Source: Thermotogota bacterium (GTDB lineage: Bacteria; Hydrothermota; Hydrothermia; LBFQ01). Taken from it: a stretch of 64,000 nt of DNA. The notes beneath the pieces were generated by a model. That model did no database searches. It was not told where the DNA came from and saw only the letters and a program-made list of their open reading frames with translations. Shown here piece after piece: positions 55,542-64,000 of this stretch (position 1 is the first letter of the stretch; every line of letters starts with the position of its first letter). Made by a program: the position numbers and the translations under genes. The DNA lies in NCBI GenBank assembly GCA_013154295.1, contig JAADCS010000168.1:3141-67140 (forward strand). Direction: 5' to 3'.

Positions 55542-56398
55542 CACCTACCTCCCGCGTATTTCTTCCTGAAGATCTTTATGAGGGAATCCTCAACTTCCCT
55601 CTTGCGTTGATCCAGAAGGTACTGATAGACTACACTTTTAACGTCGGGACCCAGTTTGGAGATACTGACCCGGCGTATATCCGCGATTTTGGCCAAAGCG
55701 TATGTACCGGGAGCTACTTGAAACGGCCCGATCACGTCACCCACTTTCGCCTTCTTGAGCTTCTCATAATCCTTAGGATCCATGGAAAATCGTCCTAAAC
55801 CCAGGTTCTGATAGGGAGAAGGTTGAACCCCTATCTTTCCAGCTTTGGCGAACTCCTCCAACATCAGATTAGCAGCGTAGCTACCGTCTTTGAGTAGCTT
55901 GCGCAAGGTATCGGTAAGCTTGGGATCTCGGTATACCACCATTAACATAGCCACCTCTTTAGAAAACTCGTCCTTATGTTTTTGGATATAGTCAAGGACT
56001 TTGGCGGTATCCACCTTTATAAGAGGGACGACGTACTTTTGGTAGTAGAGATCTGCATACACACTCTTATCGGCCCAATATGCCATTCTCCGGGCCTCCG
56101 GGTCATCGGTTATGTTTTTCTCCTTGGCAGCGTTGTAAAAGAGAGCTATCTTTTCAAGGGCCCGCTTGAGATCCTGATTCGTGTTGAGCCCCGGAATTTG
56201 ACTGGCACTTTTCAGATCCTCGGCGGCTATCACCACATCTCCCACTACCTCCAAGGTGTCCAATTTCACCTCGGTTTTCGGCGCGGTCTCCTCAACTCTT
56301 CCCTTACTCCCCTTCAGATAGTAGAAGCCGATCGATCCTATGAATATCCCCACCGCCAACGAAACTACGGCGGTTATCGCTATGGCTACTCTGTTCAT
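55541..56398 (-). CDS. membrane-anchored PpiD/SurA-like chaperone with degenerate parvulin domain
   Basis: N-terminal TM VAIAITAVVSLAVGIFIGSIGFYY. Chaperone-like helical region. C-terminus KVGDVIGPFQVAPGTYALAKI. Confidence 0.55.
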   Translation of the reverse strand: MNRVAIAITAVVSLAVGIFIGSIGFYYLKGSKGRVEETAPKTEVKLDTLEVVGDVVIAAEDLKSASQIPGLNTNQDLKRALEKIALFYNAAKEKNITDDPEARRMAYWADKSVYADLYYQKYVVPLIKVDTAKVLDYIQKHKDEFSKEVAMLMVVYRDPKLTDTLRKLLKDGSYAANLMLEEFAKAGKIGVQPSPYQNLGLGRFSMDPKDYEKLKKAKVGDVIGPFQVAPGTYALAKIADIRRVSISKLGPDVKSVVYQYLLDQRKREVEDSLIKIFRKKYAGGR

Positions 56399-56407
56399 GG
56401 AGGCGGG

Positions 56408-56413
56408 AGTTTA
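56408..56413 (-). promoter_or_regulatory. -10 box, leaderless-type promoter of the PpiD-like/SurA-like block
   Basis: The minus strand reads CCTTAAACTCCCGCCTCC-ATG (9 nt spacer). Confidence 0.4.
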
Positions 56414-56472
56414 AGGGGGAAAGGCGACTGGCATACACGCCACAAATAATGGGAAAGTGTTACGTTAAAATT

Positions 56473-57207
56473 TCACATTTTTTGCAAAAATAGTAACTTT
56501 TCAACATTTTTCCTAAGAAAATTTGAATATTTTTGCCCAAAGTTTGGATGAAGGCTTAAAGTTATTATACGAACACCGCTAGGAAGATCCGGAAGAACAT
56601 CCGAAGTGTCTCTAACCACGAGGCCTACGTTTTTGACCATTCTTTTGAAGTTCTCAACCTCTACCGGTGAGGGTTCCCGCATCTCTTCGCCTTGCAAAAC
56701 GCAGGGTGTTTCAACACCGAAATTCTTCAGAAAGATTTCAACGACGAAGGAGGACGCGCATGCCTCTCTCTGGAGATTAAGGGAAAAGAGGGAGTCAAGA
56801 TACCTACGCAGAGATTCAAGGGTGCTAGGTTCATACCTCTGTTGACAACGTTCTAAGACAGCGCTTAAACTGTCCAAAGCTTCCATCACGCCTCTATGAT
56901 AGAGCCAAAAGTGGGGGTTAGGGGGATCCAACTCAACGCCTCTCCATCCTTTGGCCCACTCATCGAGGCCTCTAACCTTCACGAAGGCGCAGGAGGAATG
57001 GGCCACGTCGTAATCCTTGGGAGTCGGTTCGTAAAAGTGCATATGTCCTTGGGTTCGGACTATGACGTAATAGTTACACGAGTCACACAGATCCAAAGCC
57101 AGGGAATGAAGAGGTACGTTAGCAAGGACCACCGTATCCTTTCCGTCCTTAGAACATCCCCCTACTATCAGGGGCAAGATGATCAGGACTGAAATGAATC
57201 TCCTCAT
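56473..57207 (-). CDS. lipoprotein resembling a ZnuA/TroA-type metal-binding protein (short form)
   Basis: Lipobox IVGGCS. GHMHFYEPTPKDYDVAHSSCAFVKVRGLDEWAKGW resembles the H.yEptPkD...glE.W motif. Only 244 aa. No ABC partners adjacent. AT-rich 3' end. Confidence 0.5.
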   Translation of the reverse strand: MRRFISVLIILPLIVGGCSKDGKDTVVLANVPLHSLALDLCDSCNYYVIVRTQGHMHFYEPTPKDYDVAHSSCAFVKVRGLDEWAKGWRGVELDPPNPHFWLYHRGVMEALDSLSAVLERCQQRYEPSTLESLRRYLDSLFSLNLQREACASSFVVEIFLKNFGVETPCVLQGEEMREPSPVEVENFKRMVKNVGLVVRDTSDVLPDLPSGVRIITLSLHPNFGQKYSNFLRKNVEKLLFLQKM

Positions 57208-57569
57208 TCCAGTTCGCTAAGTGCCGCCTTCAGCGTATCTAAGCCCAGAGTAGCACATTTGAAACGGCTTCGCATTATATCAGGCCCCACCCTCTCTTTC
57301 AAAAATTCGTAGTTAAGGTTAAAAATTTCCTTTAAGTTCTTACCGTTGGCTGCCTCGCATACTATAGAGGCACAGGCCTGGGATACGGTGCAACCCTCAC
57401 CCTCGAATCTGACGGTTAGGGTACCATCCGGTTCCTTGCGAAGGTATATAACCACCACATCACCACATCCGGGGTTACCTCCTTTCAGGATGACATCCGC
57501 CCCCTCAAGCTTGCCTCTTTGACGGGGCCGATGGTAGTGATCAAGTATGTAGTCTAAGAACTCCTGCAT
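57204..57569 (-). CDS. Fe-S cluster scaffold protein (NifU-N / SufU/IscU-like)
   Basis: LDHYHRPRQRG, GNPGCGDVV, GEGCTVSQA, RFKCATLGLDTL. Three conserved Cys. Confidence 0.8.
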   Translation of the reverse strand: MQEFLDYILDHYHRPRQRGKLEGADVILKGGNPGCGDVVVIYLRKEPDGTLTVRFEGEGCTVSQACASIVCEAANGKNLKEIFNLNYEFLKERVGPDIMRSRFKCATLGLDTLKAALSELE

Positions 57570-57829
57570 CAGCCACCCAACGACTGCCTATAGTAGCGGG
57601 CAAACTTAGACTTCAGCCGGGCCACCTTGTTGGGGTGAAAGATGCGCCTTTGACCCATCTTGTCCAAAACGGAGTGTAGCTCCCCGAGGAGTTTCTCCTT
57701 TTCCTCCGGAGTTTCCGCCCTACGGAACCTCTTGCGAAGCATTCTAAAAAGGTTCTTCCAACGTAGGTTGCGTAGCCTTCTTCTCTCCTGCCTTCTCTGG
57801 GTACGCAAAACTGACATCTTCTTCGCCAT
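57569..57829 (-). CDS. rpsT: 30S ribosomal protein S20
   Basis: Basic 86-aa protein KKMSVLRTQRRQERRRLRNLRWKN. Confidence 0.9.
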   Translation of the reverse strand: MAKKMSVLRTQRRQERRRLRNLRWKNLFRMLRKRFRRAETPEEKEKLLGELHSVLDKMGQRRIFHPNKVARLKSKFARYYRQSLGG

Positions 57830-57837
57830 AAGTGGGT

Positions 57838-57843
57838 ATTATA
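57838..57843 (-). promoter_or_regulatory. -10 box, leaderless-type promoter of rpsT
   Basis: The minus strand reads CAGTATAATACCCACTT-ATG (8 nt spacer). Confidence 0.55.
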
Positions 57844-57867
57844 CTGGTGGCACAAACGGAATAGGGC

Positions 57868-58665
57868 TCAAAGAAAAAGTTTGATACCATGAAGGTAATA
57901 AAGAAGAGAGTTAAGAAGACTGGAAGATAGGAGAGTGGAGCGTAGATCTCTTTCCGAAACGCTGGCAAACCAATTAGCTGCTTTTAAGATACGGGTGCCC
58001 CCTATGGGTTGGGCACCTCGCTCTCTCAAAAGGAGTTCATCGTACCACCACAGAGCCTTGAAACTGGTTTTAACGTACATACTCTTGTAAGCGTGTAGAT
58101 ACAGAAGGCTCAAAGAGAGGTCCTTATCGGGGACAAATAGGTTTCCTTCCCACTGGATCAGATGGTAAAGGATGGTCTCCGTTTTCAGATCGGGATAGGG
58201 AAAGCGGGTAAACTTAACGTGTACTTCAAAGGGAAGACCCCTGTATCGGAATATCCTTTGACCAGGAACGTCCATAACGTGTCGGAAACCCTCCCCTTTA
58301 AGATACTCATCCAACTCATCTAAGTCCTCTTTCTTAACCCAAAGATCCACATCGGATATGAAACGGGTTTCCGGTTTTGGGTAGAAGCGACCCAAAGCAA
58401 CCCCCTTAAAGACTGCGACCGGAACAGGGGATTTGATCAGTTTTGGGCGCGCTTCTCTCCAAACTTTCCAACGATTTAGAGAGGTTGCCCAATCAAGTAG
58501 AAAGGCGTCCCGCAACGGAGGATAGTGGTAATATACCAGAGGTCCCAGATGGTGAAACCTTATCCATCTTATCAGATCCTCGTTGGCCTCGTGCCCTTCA
58601 AGCACGGCAAAGTTTCCCCTACCTATCTCCTTCACCACATGCGCATAGGTTGGATAGACCTTCAT
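57868..58665 (-). CDS. putative nucleotidyltransferase (NTP_transf_5-like)
   Basis: FISDVDLWVKKEDL motif and overall layout. 265 aa. 4-nt overlap with ribF. Confidence 0.5.
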   Translation of the reverse strand: MKVYPTYAHVVKEIGRGNFAVLEGHEANEDLIRWIRFHHLGPLVYYHYPPLRDAFLLDWATSLNRWKVWREARPKLIKSPVPVAVFKGVALGRFYPKPETRFISDVDLWVKKEDLDELDEYLKGEGFRHVMDVPGQRIFRYRGLPFEVHVKFTRFPYPDLKTETILYHLIQWEGNLFVPDKDLSLSLLYLHAYKSMYVKTSFKALWWYDELLLRERGAQPIGGTRILKAANWFASVSERDLRSTLLSSSLLNSLLYYLHGIKLFL

Positions 58666-59585
58666 AACGACCTTTGCGCGCTTTGGAGTCTTCCTGACGT
58701 TTCCTCTATAGGTGGCAACCCGTCCGAGAACAGGATGTTGGTGAGTTTTATATCCCTTTCTATCTGGAGCCGAAGATCTTCAACGCTGGCAAACTTTTTA
58801 ACATCCCTCAACCTGGCCACTAAACTGACTTTTAACCTTTCGGGGATTTCACCTCCAAAGTTTAGAATATGTACCTCAACGCTCCTTTGAAGGCCCAATG
58901 TGGGTCTGGGACCCACGTGGAGTACGCCGTATCTTCTAACCTGCTGCACGTAGACCGCATAAACACCGTCAGACGGTAGTAACTTGAGCGATGGAATGGA
59001 GAGGTTAGCGGTGGGAAATCCCAACTTTCCACCTAAACCCTTTCCCTTTATCACCTTGCCCGACAGGATGTAGCGGTAGCCTAAGAGCTCGTTGGCCTCC
59101 TCCACCCTACCTTCCTTGAGGAGCTCCCTTATCAGAGATGAACTTATAACTTTTCCACGATACCTCATAGGTGGAAAGACGTGAAGTTCTATGGGAAACT
59201 GATCGTAGTTTTCTAAGAGCCATCGTGGCGATCCCGCCCGTCCACGGCCGAAGTGGTGGTCGTAACCCATAAGTAACACTTTTACCTGGAAATGAGATTG
59301 AAGAACCCGCATGAACTCTTCAGCGGATAGCCTTTTGTCCTCGGCCCGCAAGGTCAAAACCACCTCGACTCCCATCTCCTCGAGGGCTTCCAATTTCTCT
59401 TCCGGCGTAAAAAGTAGATCCTTCAAACGGGTGGGATGCGGTAGAAAGGTTACCACCAACAGGTTACCACCAAGAGTACGACACCGCGATAGGATGTACC
59501 TATGGGCACGATGGAGACCATCGAACGACCCCACGGCGGCACACGTGGGGTGCGGATAGACATCCTCCAAGGTTAGGAGTTCCAT
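58662..59585 (-). CDS. ribF: bifunctional riboflavin kinase / FAD synthetase
   Basis: AAVGSFDGLHRAH, LVVTFLPHP. C-terminal kinase GKGLGGKLGFPTANL...VEVHILNF. Confidence 0.9.
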   Translation of the reverse strand: MELLTLEDVYPHPTCAAVGSFDGLHRAHRYILSRCRTLGGNLLVVTFLPHPTRLKDLLFTPEEKLEALEEMGVEVVLTLRAEDKRLSAEEFMRVLQSHFQVKVLLMGYDHHFGRGRAGSPRWLLENYDQFPIELHVFPPMRYRGKVISSSLIRELLKEGRVEEANELLGYRYILSGKVIKGKGLGGKLGFPTANLSIPSLKLLPSDGVYAVYVQQVRRYGVLHVGPRPTLGLQRSVEVHILNFGGEIPERLKVSLVARLRDVKKFASVEDLRLQIERDIKLTNILFSDGLPPIEETSGRLQSAQRSL

Positions 59586-62071
59586 CCATCCACCTCGTAG
59601 GTGGAAAAGTACGCCTCCGTTATGTTCTGACGGGTTAAAACTATCTCCCTCTCACCATGGTAGTTTATTCGAAGGACAGGTTCGGGAACGGTCGTACCTA
59701 TCCGTTCATAGGGAAGGCCTCTCCTTGAGAGATAGGTTTCAAGTTCCTTAGGCATGGAGGTGGTGAGTACAACCTTAGGAACGGTCTCACTGAAGAGTTC
59801 ACCAAACCCCTCAACCCGCACCTTCATACCCATTTCACCCTGCAATACCATCTCGGATAGGGCAGCGAAAAGTCCCCCCTCGGAGACGTCATGGGCGTTT
59901 ATAACTAGCCCTATACGGATCATCTCCGAAAGGGCCGATACGTACTCCTTAAGGTAGAAGAGATCCCAGTGATACGGTTCGGGTTTGCGATAGTAACCGA
60001 AGAGTTCGTTCTCATCCATACCGTTTAAACCCAGATCTTTTAGAAGAACGCTTAGAAATTCACTTCCTCCCAGATCAAAGGGAGAAGCGTGAAAACCAAC
60101 CGTATATACGTGAAGACCCTCGCGATCCACTCCCATTTTGGGAACGGAAAATACATCCCGCACCAAGGCCACACCTCCCACTATCAACGTGGGGAAGATC
60201 TTTCTCCTATCACTCTCGTTGTAAAGGGATACGTTACCGGATACTACAGGTATTCCAAACTCCTTGGCGAAGTCCCCCAACCCCCGCAGCGCCTCTTGGA
60301 GTTTATGGTAGGTGTGGGGATCCTCAGGCGATGGAAAGTTTACCCCATCGGTGAAACCTATAGCTTCCCCGCCGGTGAGGGTCAAATTTAGAATCACCTC
60401 AAAGGCTACCTTCAGCGCCCCCCAATAAGGATCCATAGCTAAGTACTTGCCGTTTCCATCAACGCTCACGGCCAAAGCATAATTTTTACCCTTTACTCTC
60501 AAAAGGGCAGCATCCCCCTCACCAGGCAGAATGAGGGTGTCGGTACCCACCATGTGATCGTACTGTTTATAGATCCATCTCTTAGAGGCCACGTTAGGGT
60601 CAGATAGAACCTTGAGGGCTACCTCTCTCACATATCTGACGGGCAGCAGAACTTCCGGCTCTTTTCTAGAGGAAGCTATGCGGTGTATAAAACGTTGGTA
60701 GGCAGCTATTCTTTCCGACTCTTGGCGCACGTTTTCGCCTTTTAAAGCTCTCCTTTGGAGATTTAAACCTTTACGCCGCAATTCCTGATCGGCGACGTGG
60801 AGACCAACAGCGTCCCCAACAGGGTAAGATGAGAAACCGAAGATTTGCATCACCGCACCTATCCTACTTCTTCTCCTCTTAGAGGCTGATTCGTATATAC
60901 CAACCAACCGTTCTACTATACGTAGGTAAGCGTCAAGGCTAAAAGGTTCTTCTATGGCCAACCATCCCGGATCCGGAAGGCCCGAAAAGAGTACCCCAAG
61001 AGGTATCTCCGCCAGAAGTCTATCCTCTTCCTTTATGCGAAAAACTCTTTCCTTTATCACCTTACCGATCACCGTGGCCTCCAAACCCCACCTCCTGTAG
61101 ATCTCTATCACCTCCTCTTCCTTCCCAGCTTCCACGCATAGCACCATTCTCTCCTGGCTTTCCGAGAGGACGACCTCGTAAGGAGTCAGAGGTTCGCGTG
61201 TGGGTACTAGAGATGTATCCAACTCCACCCCCACACCCCCGTTTTCAGCCATCTCCGGAAGGGCAGTTGAGAGTCCTCCGGCGCCCAAATCCTGCATTCC
61301 CAAGACTTGAGGGAGTCGTACCGCCTCCAACGTAGCCTCTATCAGGAGTTTCTCCATAAAGGGATCTCCTATTTGAACGGCGGGTCTGTTTTCAGATATG
61401 TCGCCCTCAAAGCTTTGTGAGGCAAAGGAAGCTCCCATTATGCCATCCTTTCCGGTAGGCGCCCCCACTATAAGAACGCTGTTCCCTATCCCCTTCAAAA
61501 CGCCTTCCTTCAGATCCTCTCTACGACCTACACCCACACACATTACGTTTACAAGGGGGTTATCTTCGTAAGTTTCACTCACGAAAACCTCACCACCTAC
61601 GACCGGCACACCTATGGAGTTCCCATACCATGCTATACCCTCCACGACTCCCTTTAAAAGATGGAGTGACCTCTTATCTCTACGAAAATCCCCAAACCTT
61701 AAGCTATCCAAGAGAGCTACCGGTCGCACTCCCATGCTCAAGACGTCCCTGACTATTCCTCCTACACCGGTTGCAGCTCCGTGTTTGGGCTCCACTGCCG
61801 AGGGATGGTTATGGCTTTCTATCTTGAAGGCGACCACCGTATTCTCGTCCAACTTAAGAACACCGGCTCCGGCACCCGGTCCTTTTAACGTCCTGTCGGA
61901 TTTTGAAGGTAGAAGACGCAAAAGCCTTCTGGTAGATTTGTAAGAGCAATGTTCGGACCAGTTTAGCGCGAAGACGCCCAACTCTATAAGTGTAGGCTTC
62001 CTGCCCAATAGGCGCTCTATAGTCCTGTATTCCCTTTCGGTTAAACCCATGGATTTTGCTCTCTCAAGCAT
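59573..62071 (-). CDS. purL: phosphoribosylformylglycinamidine synthase subunit PurL (with enlarged inter-domain linker)
   Basis: GLTEREYRTIERLLGRKPTLIELGVFALNWSEHCSYKS, ESHNHPSAVEP, second-half SDPNVASKRWIYKQYDHMVGTDT. Start set at ATG 62071 (M11 of the track ORF) from -10 box spacing. Confidence 0.9.
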   Translation of the reverse strand: MLERAKSMGLTEREYRTIERLLGRKPTLIELGVFALNWSEHCSYKSTRRLLRLLPSKSDRTLKGPGAGAGVLKLDENTVVAFKIESHNHPSAVEPKHGAATGVGGIVRDVLSMGVRPVALLDSLRFGDFRRDKRSLHLLKGVVEGIAWYGNSIGVPVVGGEVFVSETYEDNPLVNVMCVGVGRREDLKEGVLKGIGNSVLIVGAPTGKDGIMGASFASQSFEGDISENRPAVQIGDPFMEKLLIEATLEAVRLPQVLGMQDLGAGGLSTALPEMAENGGVGVELDTSLVPTREPLTPYEVVLSESQERMVLCVEAGKEEEVIEIYRRWGLEATVIGKVIKERVFRIKEEDRLLAEIPLGVLFSGLPDPGWLAIEEPFSLDAYLRIVERLVGIYESASKRRRSRIGAVMQIFGFSSYPVGDAVGLHVADQELRRKGLNLQRRALKGENVRQESERIAAYQRFIHRIASSRKEPEVLLPVRYVREVALKVLSDPNVASKRWIYKQYDHMVGTDTLILPGEGDAALLRVKGKNYALAVSVDGNGKYLAMDPYWGALKVAFEVILNLTLTGGEAIGFTDGVNFPSPEDPHTYHKLQEALRGLGDFAKEFGIPVVSGNVSLYNESDRRKIFPTLIVGGVALVRDVFSVPKMGVDREGLHVYTVGFHASPFDLGGSEFLSVLLKDLGLNGMDENELFGYYRKPEPYHWDLFYLKEYVSALSEMIRIGLVINAHDVSEGGLFAALSEMVLQGEMGMKVRVEGFGELFSETVPKVVLTTSMPKELETYLSRRGLPYERIGTTVPEPVLRINYHGEREIVLTRQNITEAYFSTYEVDGWNS

Positions 62072-62081
62072 GAAGATGGGA

Positions 62082-62087
62082 ATTCTA
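62082..62087 (-). promoter_or_regulatory. -10 box upstream of purL
   Basis: The minus strand reads CCTTTAGAATTCCCATCTTC-ATG (10 nt spacer to ATG 62071). Confidence 0.4.
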
Positions 62088-62126
62088 AAGGGTTCCAACA
62101 TCCACGTTCCGAAGGCGTTGCCGCTG

Positions 62127-62132
62127 TAGAAT
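62127..62132 (+). promoter_or_regulatory. -10 box, leaderless-type promoter of the MFS transporter gene
   Basis: CTGTAGAATTCCTATCCG-TTG (9 nt spacer). Confidence 0.45.
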
Positions 62133-62141
62133 TCCTATCCG

Positions 62142-63389
62142 TTGCCTATCCGAGAGATAAAGTTGCTGAAGGATAGAAACGTGGCTATACTCACTTTCTC
62201 CCAAGCCATATCGCAGTTGGGAGATCGAATAAACAATATGGCCATACTGGGTCTTTTGGGGTTACACGCCACCGGTTCAACGGAGTACGGTTTCTTAGCT
62301 TTCTGGACGGTCATACCCGTGGCCATCTTCGGACCCATAGCTGGGGCTATATCAGATCGGTTCAACCGCAAATACCTTATGGCTATAGCCGACGTTATGA
62401 GAGGCCTTATCGTTCTCTCTATACCTTTTATTTTCAAAGCTACTGGAAGGATGATGGTAGTGTACGCTTCGGTCTTTTTAGTTTTCACCTTCACGGTACT
62501 CTTCAATTCCGCTAAAAACGGGGTCGTGGTCCATGTGGCGGGAAGTCGGGACCGCATAGCGATAATAAACGGGCTAATGAGCTTTTGGGGGAGGATAGCT
62601 ACGGGTGTGGGAGTGTTCTTCGGTGGGATAATATCAGATCACAATCTATGGAGGAGGTTTGGATGGGAAGGATGGGAGGTAGGCCTTTCGGTGGATGCGC
62701 TCACATTTCTAACTTCCGCCATTTTGATACTCTTCCTGGCCGTCTCTGGAGAGTACATCAAGCCTAAAAACAGTTCCGCGAGGATTAACTATTTCTCCGC
62801 TATCCGTGAAGCTATAGCTTTCGTTCGCCAGAGAAGGATCCTTCTCCACTCTCTCATGGCCGCTGCTTTGATATCTCTGGTGGGTGGAGCCACTTACATA
62901 TTGGGGATAGTAAAACTGCAGAAGATAGGGCACACCAGCACGTCTCAGCTTGGGGTTGCTGGGGGGATATACGGACTTGGACTTCTGTTGGGCTCCTATG
63001 TAGCCGGCAGGATACTCCCCTCAAGGGAGTACAAGCATCTTTGGAATAGTATTCTCTTTTTAGCCCTATCTCTGTTCGGTCTAGCCCTCACCACCAACCT
63101 ATGGGTACTACTTCCCTTCGCAGCGGTAGGAGGATTTTTCACCTCCATAGGTTTCATAGCCCTCGATTCCATCTTTCAGAAGTACTCCAGTGCAGAATAT
63201 CTGGGCCGCGTGGTGATATTGAAGGATATAGTAAACGCTCTCACCTTCACCCTAACGGTTCTCCTCTTGGGTCGTTGGAACGACATTTTAGCCTCCTACG
63301 TGGGTTTCGCCACCGCTTTGAACATAAATTTGGTTGCTATAGGCCTCACGGTTATGTTGGTCCTGGCGATCCGTAGGTTTCTCAAATGA
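62142..63389 (+). CDS. MFS transporter
   Basis: About 12 TMs. GAISDRFNRKYLM loop 2-3 motif (D-R-x-x-R-K type). Confidence 0.8.
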   Translation: MPIREIKLLKDRNVAILTFSQAISQLGDRINNMAILGLLGLHATGSTEYGFLAFWTVIPVAIFGPIAGAISDRFNRKYLMAIADVMRGLIVLSIPFIFKATGRMMVVYASVFLVFTFTVLFNSAKNGVVVHVAGSRDRIAIINGLMSFWGRIATGVGVFFGGIISDHNLWRRFGWEGWEVGLSVDALTFLTSAILILFLAVSGEYIKPKNSSARINYFSAIREAIAFVRQRRILLHSLMAAALISLVGGATYILGIVKLQKIGHTSTSQLGVAGGIYGLGLLLGSYVAGRILPSREYKHLWNSILFLALSLFGLALTTNLWVLLPFAAVGGFFTSIGFIALDSIFQKYSSAEYLGRVVILKDIVNALTFTLTVLLLGRWNDILASYVGFATALNINLVAIGLTVMLVLAIRRFLK

Positions 63390-63403
63390 TCATTGTTCGG
63401 CCT

Positions 63404-63409
63404 TAAAAT
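63404..63409 (+). promoter_or_regulatory. -10 box, leaderless-type promoter of the DUF1232 gene
   Basis: CCTTAAAATTGAAAA-GTG (6 nt spacer). Confidence 0.45.
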
Positions 63410-63415
63410 TGAAAA

Positions 63416-63721
63416 GTGCGGAGGAAGGTTCTTATGTATCTTCTGAAGCGCAGGGAGCGCCTCTTTGAGGACGTACGGGTGCTGTGGAACATCCTTCAAG
63501 AGACGATAAGAGGGCGTTACTTTCCAAGCGTAAAGACTCTCATCGCTTTGACTTTTGCACTCCTTTACTTCATATTACCCACAGACGCTCTATTTGACTT
63601 CATACCTCTTGCAGGCTACTTGGACGACGCTGTGGTGGTAGGTTGGGTTGCAAAAAACCTCCGTGAGGAGATAGAACGGTTCAATCGTACGCGCCTTAAC
63701 ACCCTAAAAACCTCCGGATAG
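63416..63721 (+). CDS. DUF1232 (YkvA-family) membrane protein
   Basis: LLYFILPTDALFDFIPLAGYLDDAVVVGW is the family signature. Confidence 0.75.
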   Translation: MRRKVLMYLLKRRERLFEDVRVLWNILQETIRGRYFPSVKTLIALTFALLYFILPTDALFDFIPLAGYLDDAVVVGWVAKNLREEIERFNRTRLNTLKTSG

Positions 63722-64000
63722 GAGCGTTCCAAAACCTTCCAGTACCTCTTTCTGAATGTGTAGCATCCCATTCAAGCGAACATGAAATTCCTTTGATCGG
63801 TTTGCCTCTAATGGCTTGAGGGAAAAATCATATATCAATGTTGTCAGTGGTTTCACTTGGAGGCTAAATACCCTCACAGTGATACCAGTTCATGTGGTGC
63901 TGTTGGTAGTAAAAGGGAAGATGTGAATACCGGTAAAGTTCAAGATCTACAACAAGAAGGAAGACGGCAAAACCAGGATAAACTTAGAGATGGAGTTGTT

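Noticed and set aside
63923-63985. GAAGGAAGACGG resembles the GGAAGGAAGCAGC core of the bacterial SRP (4.5S) RNA domain IV.
   Set aside because: The flanking sequence cannot form the required helix 8 pairing. There is no complementary 5' strand and no GNAR tetraloop context.

Overview
This is a very compact, almost fully coding 64 kb chromosomal window (many 1-14 nt gene overlaps). It probably comes from a thermophilic diderm bacterium. T9SS-type C-terminal sorting domains, an ExbB-ExbD-ExbD-TonB-TPR block and V-type ATPase genes suggest an FCB-like or candidate-phylum lineage, but that is inference only. All protein calls rest on motif recognition by eye; no database search was run.

The content is mostly housekeeping and envelope genes:
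- Core metabolism and translation: nuoH (partial), acpS, guaB, mdh, prfA, mfd, murQ, truB, mtaB, rpsT, ribF, purL.
- Envelope biogenesis: yidC, a SurA-like chaperone, a SpoIID-like protein, and an Slt-type lytic transglycosylase.
- V-type ATPase genes split into two loci: subunit C alone, and I-K-E followed by a MoxR ATPase.

I saw no rRNA, tRNA, CRISPR array, transposase, integrase or obvious transcription factor.

The observations most worth follow-up:
1. A window-wide leaderless-type promoter architecture. A (CC)TTAnAAT or GTAnAAT box sits 5-10 nt before the start codon of nearly every operon-first gene, and this re-sets several start codons.
2. A recurring class of ultrashort uncharged N-terminal hydrophobic leaders (for example MTLLLLAQ, MFVLFLTAQ, MLGLVLAQ) on predicted envelope proteins.
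3. A 9-gene Tol/Ton-like envelope module containing a PorV/FadL-like barrel and three FlgD-Ig-like domain proteins.
4. An eRF1/Pelota-like (baeRF-type) protein encoded directly upstream of prfA, followed by a lamin-tail-domain mini-protein and a degenerate RumA-like Fe-S protein.
5. A locus of T9SS-CTD cargo proteins headed by an outer-membrane barrel gene with no canonical start codon.

I could not identify a clear-cut defence or mobile system, and the novelty claims are hypotheses.
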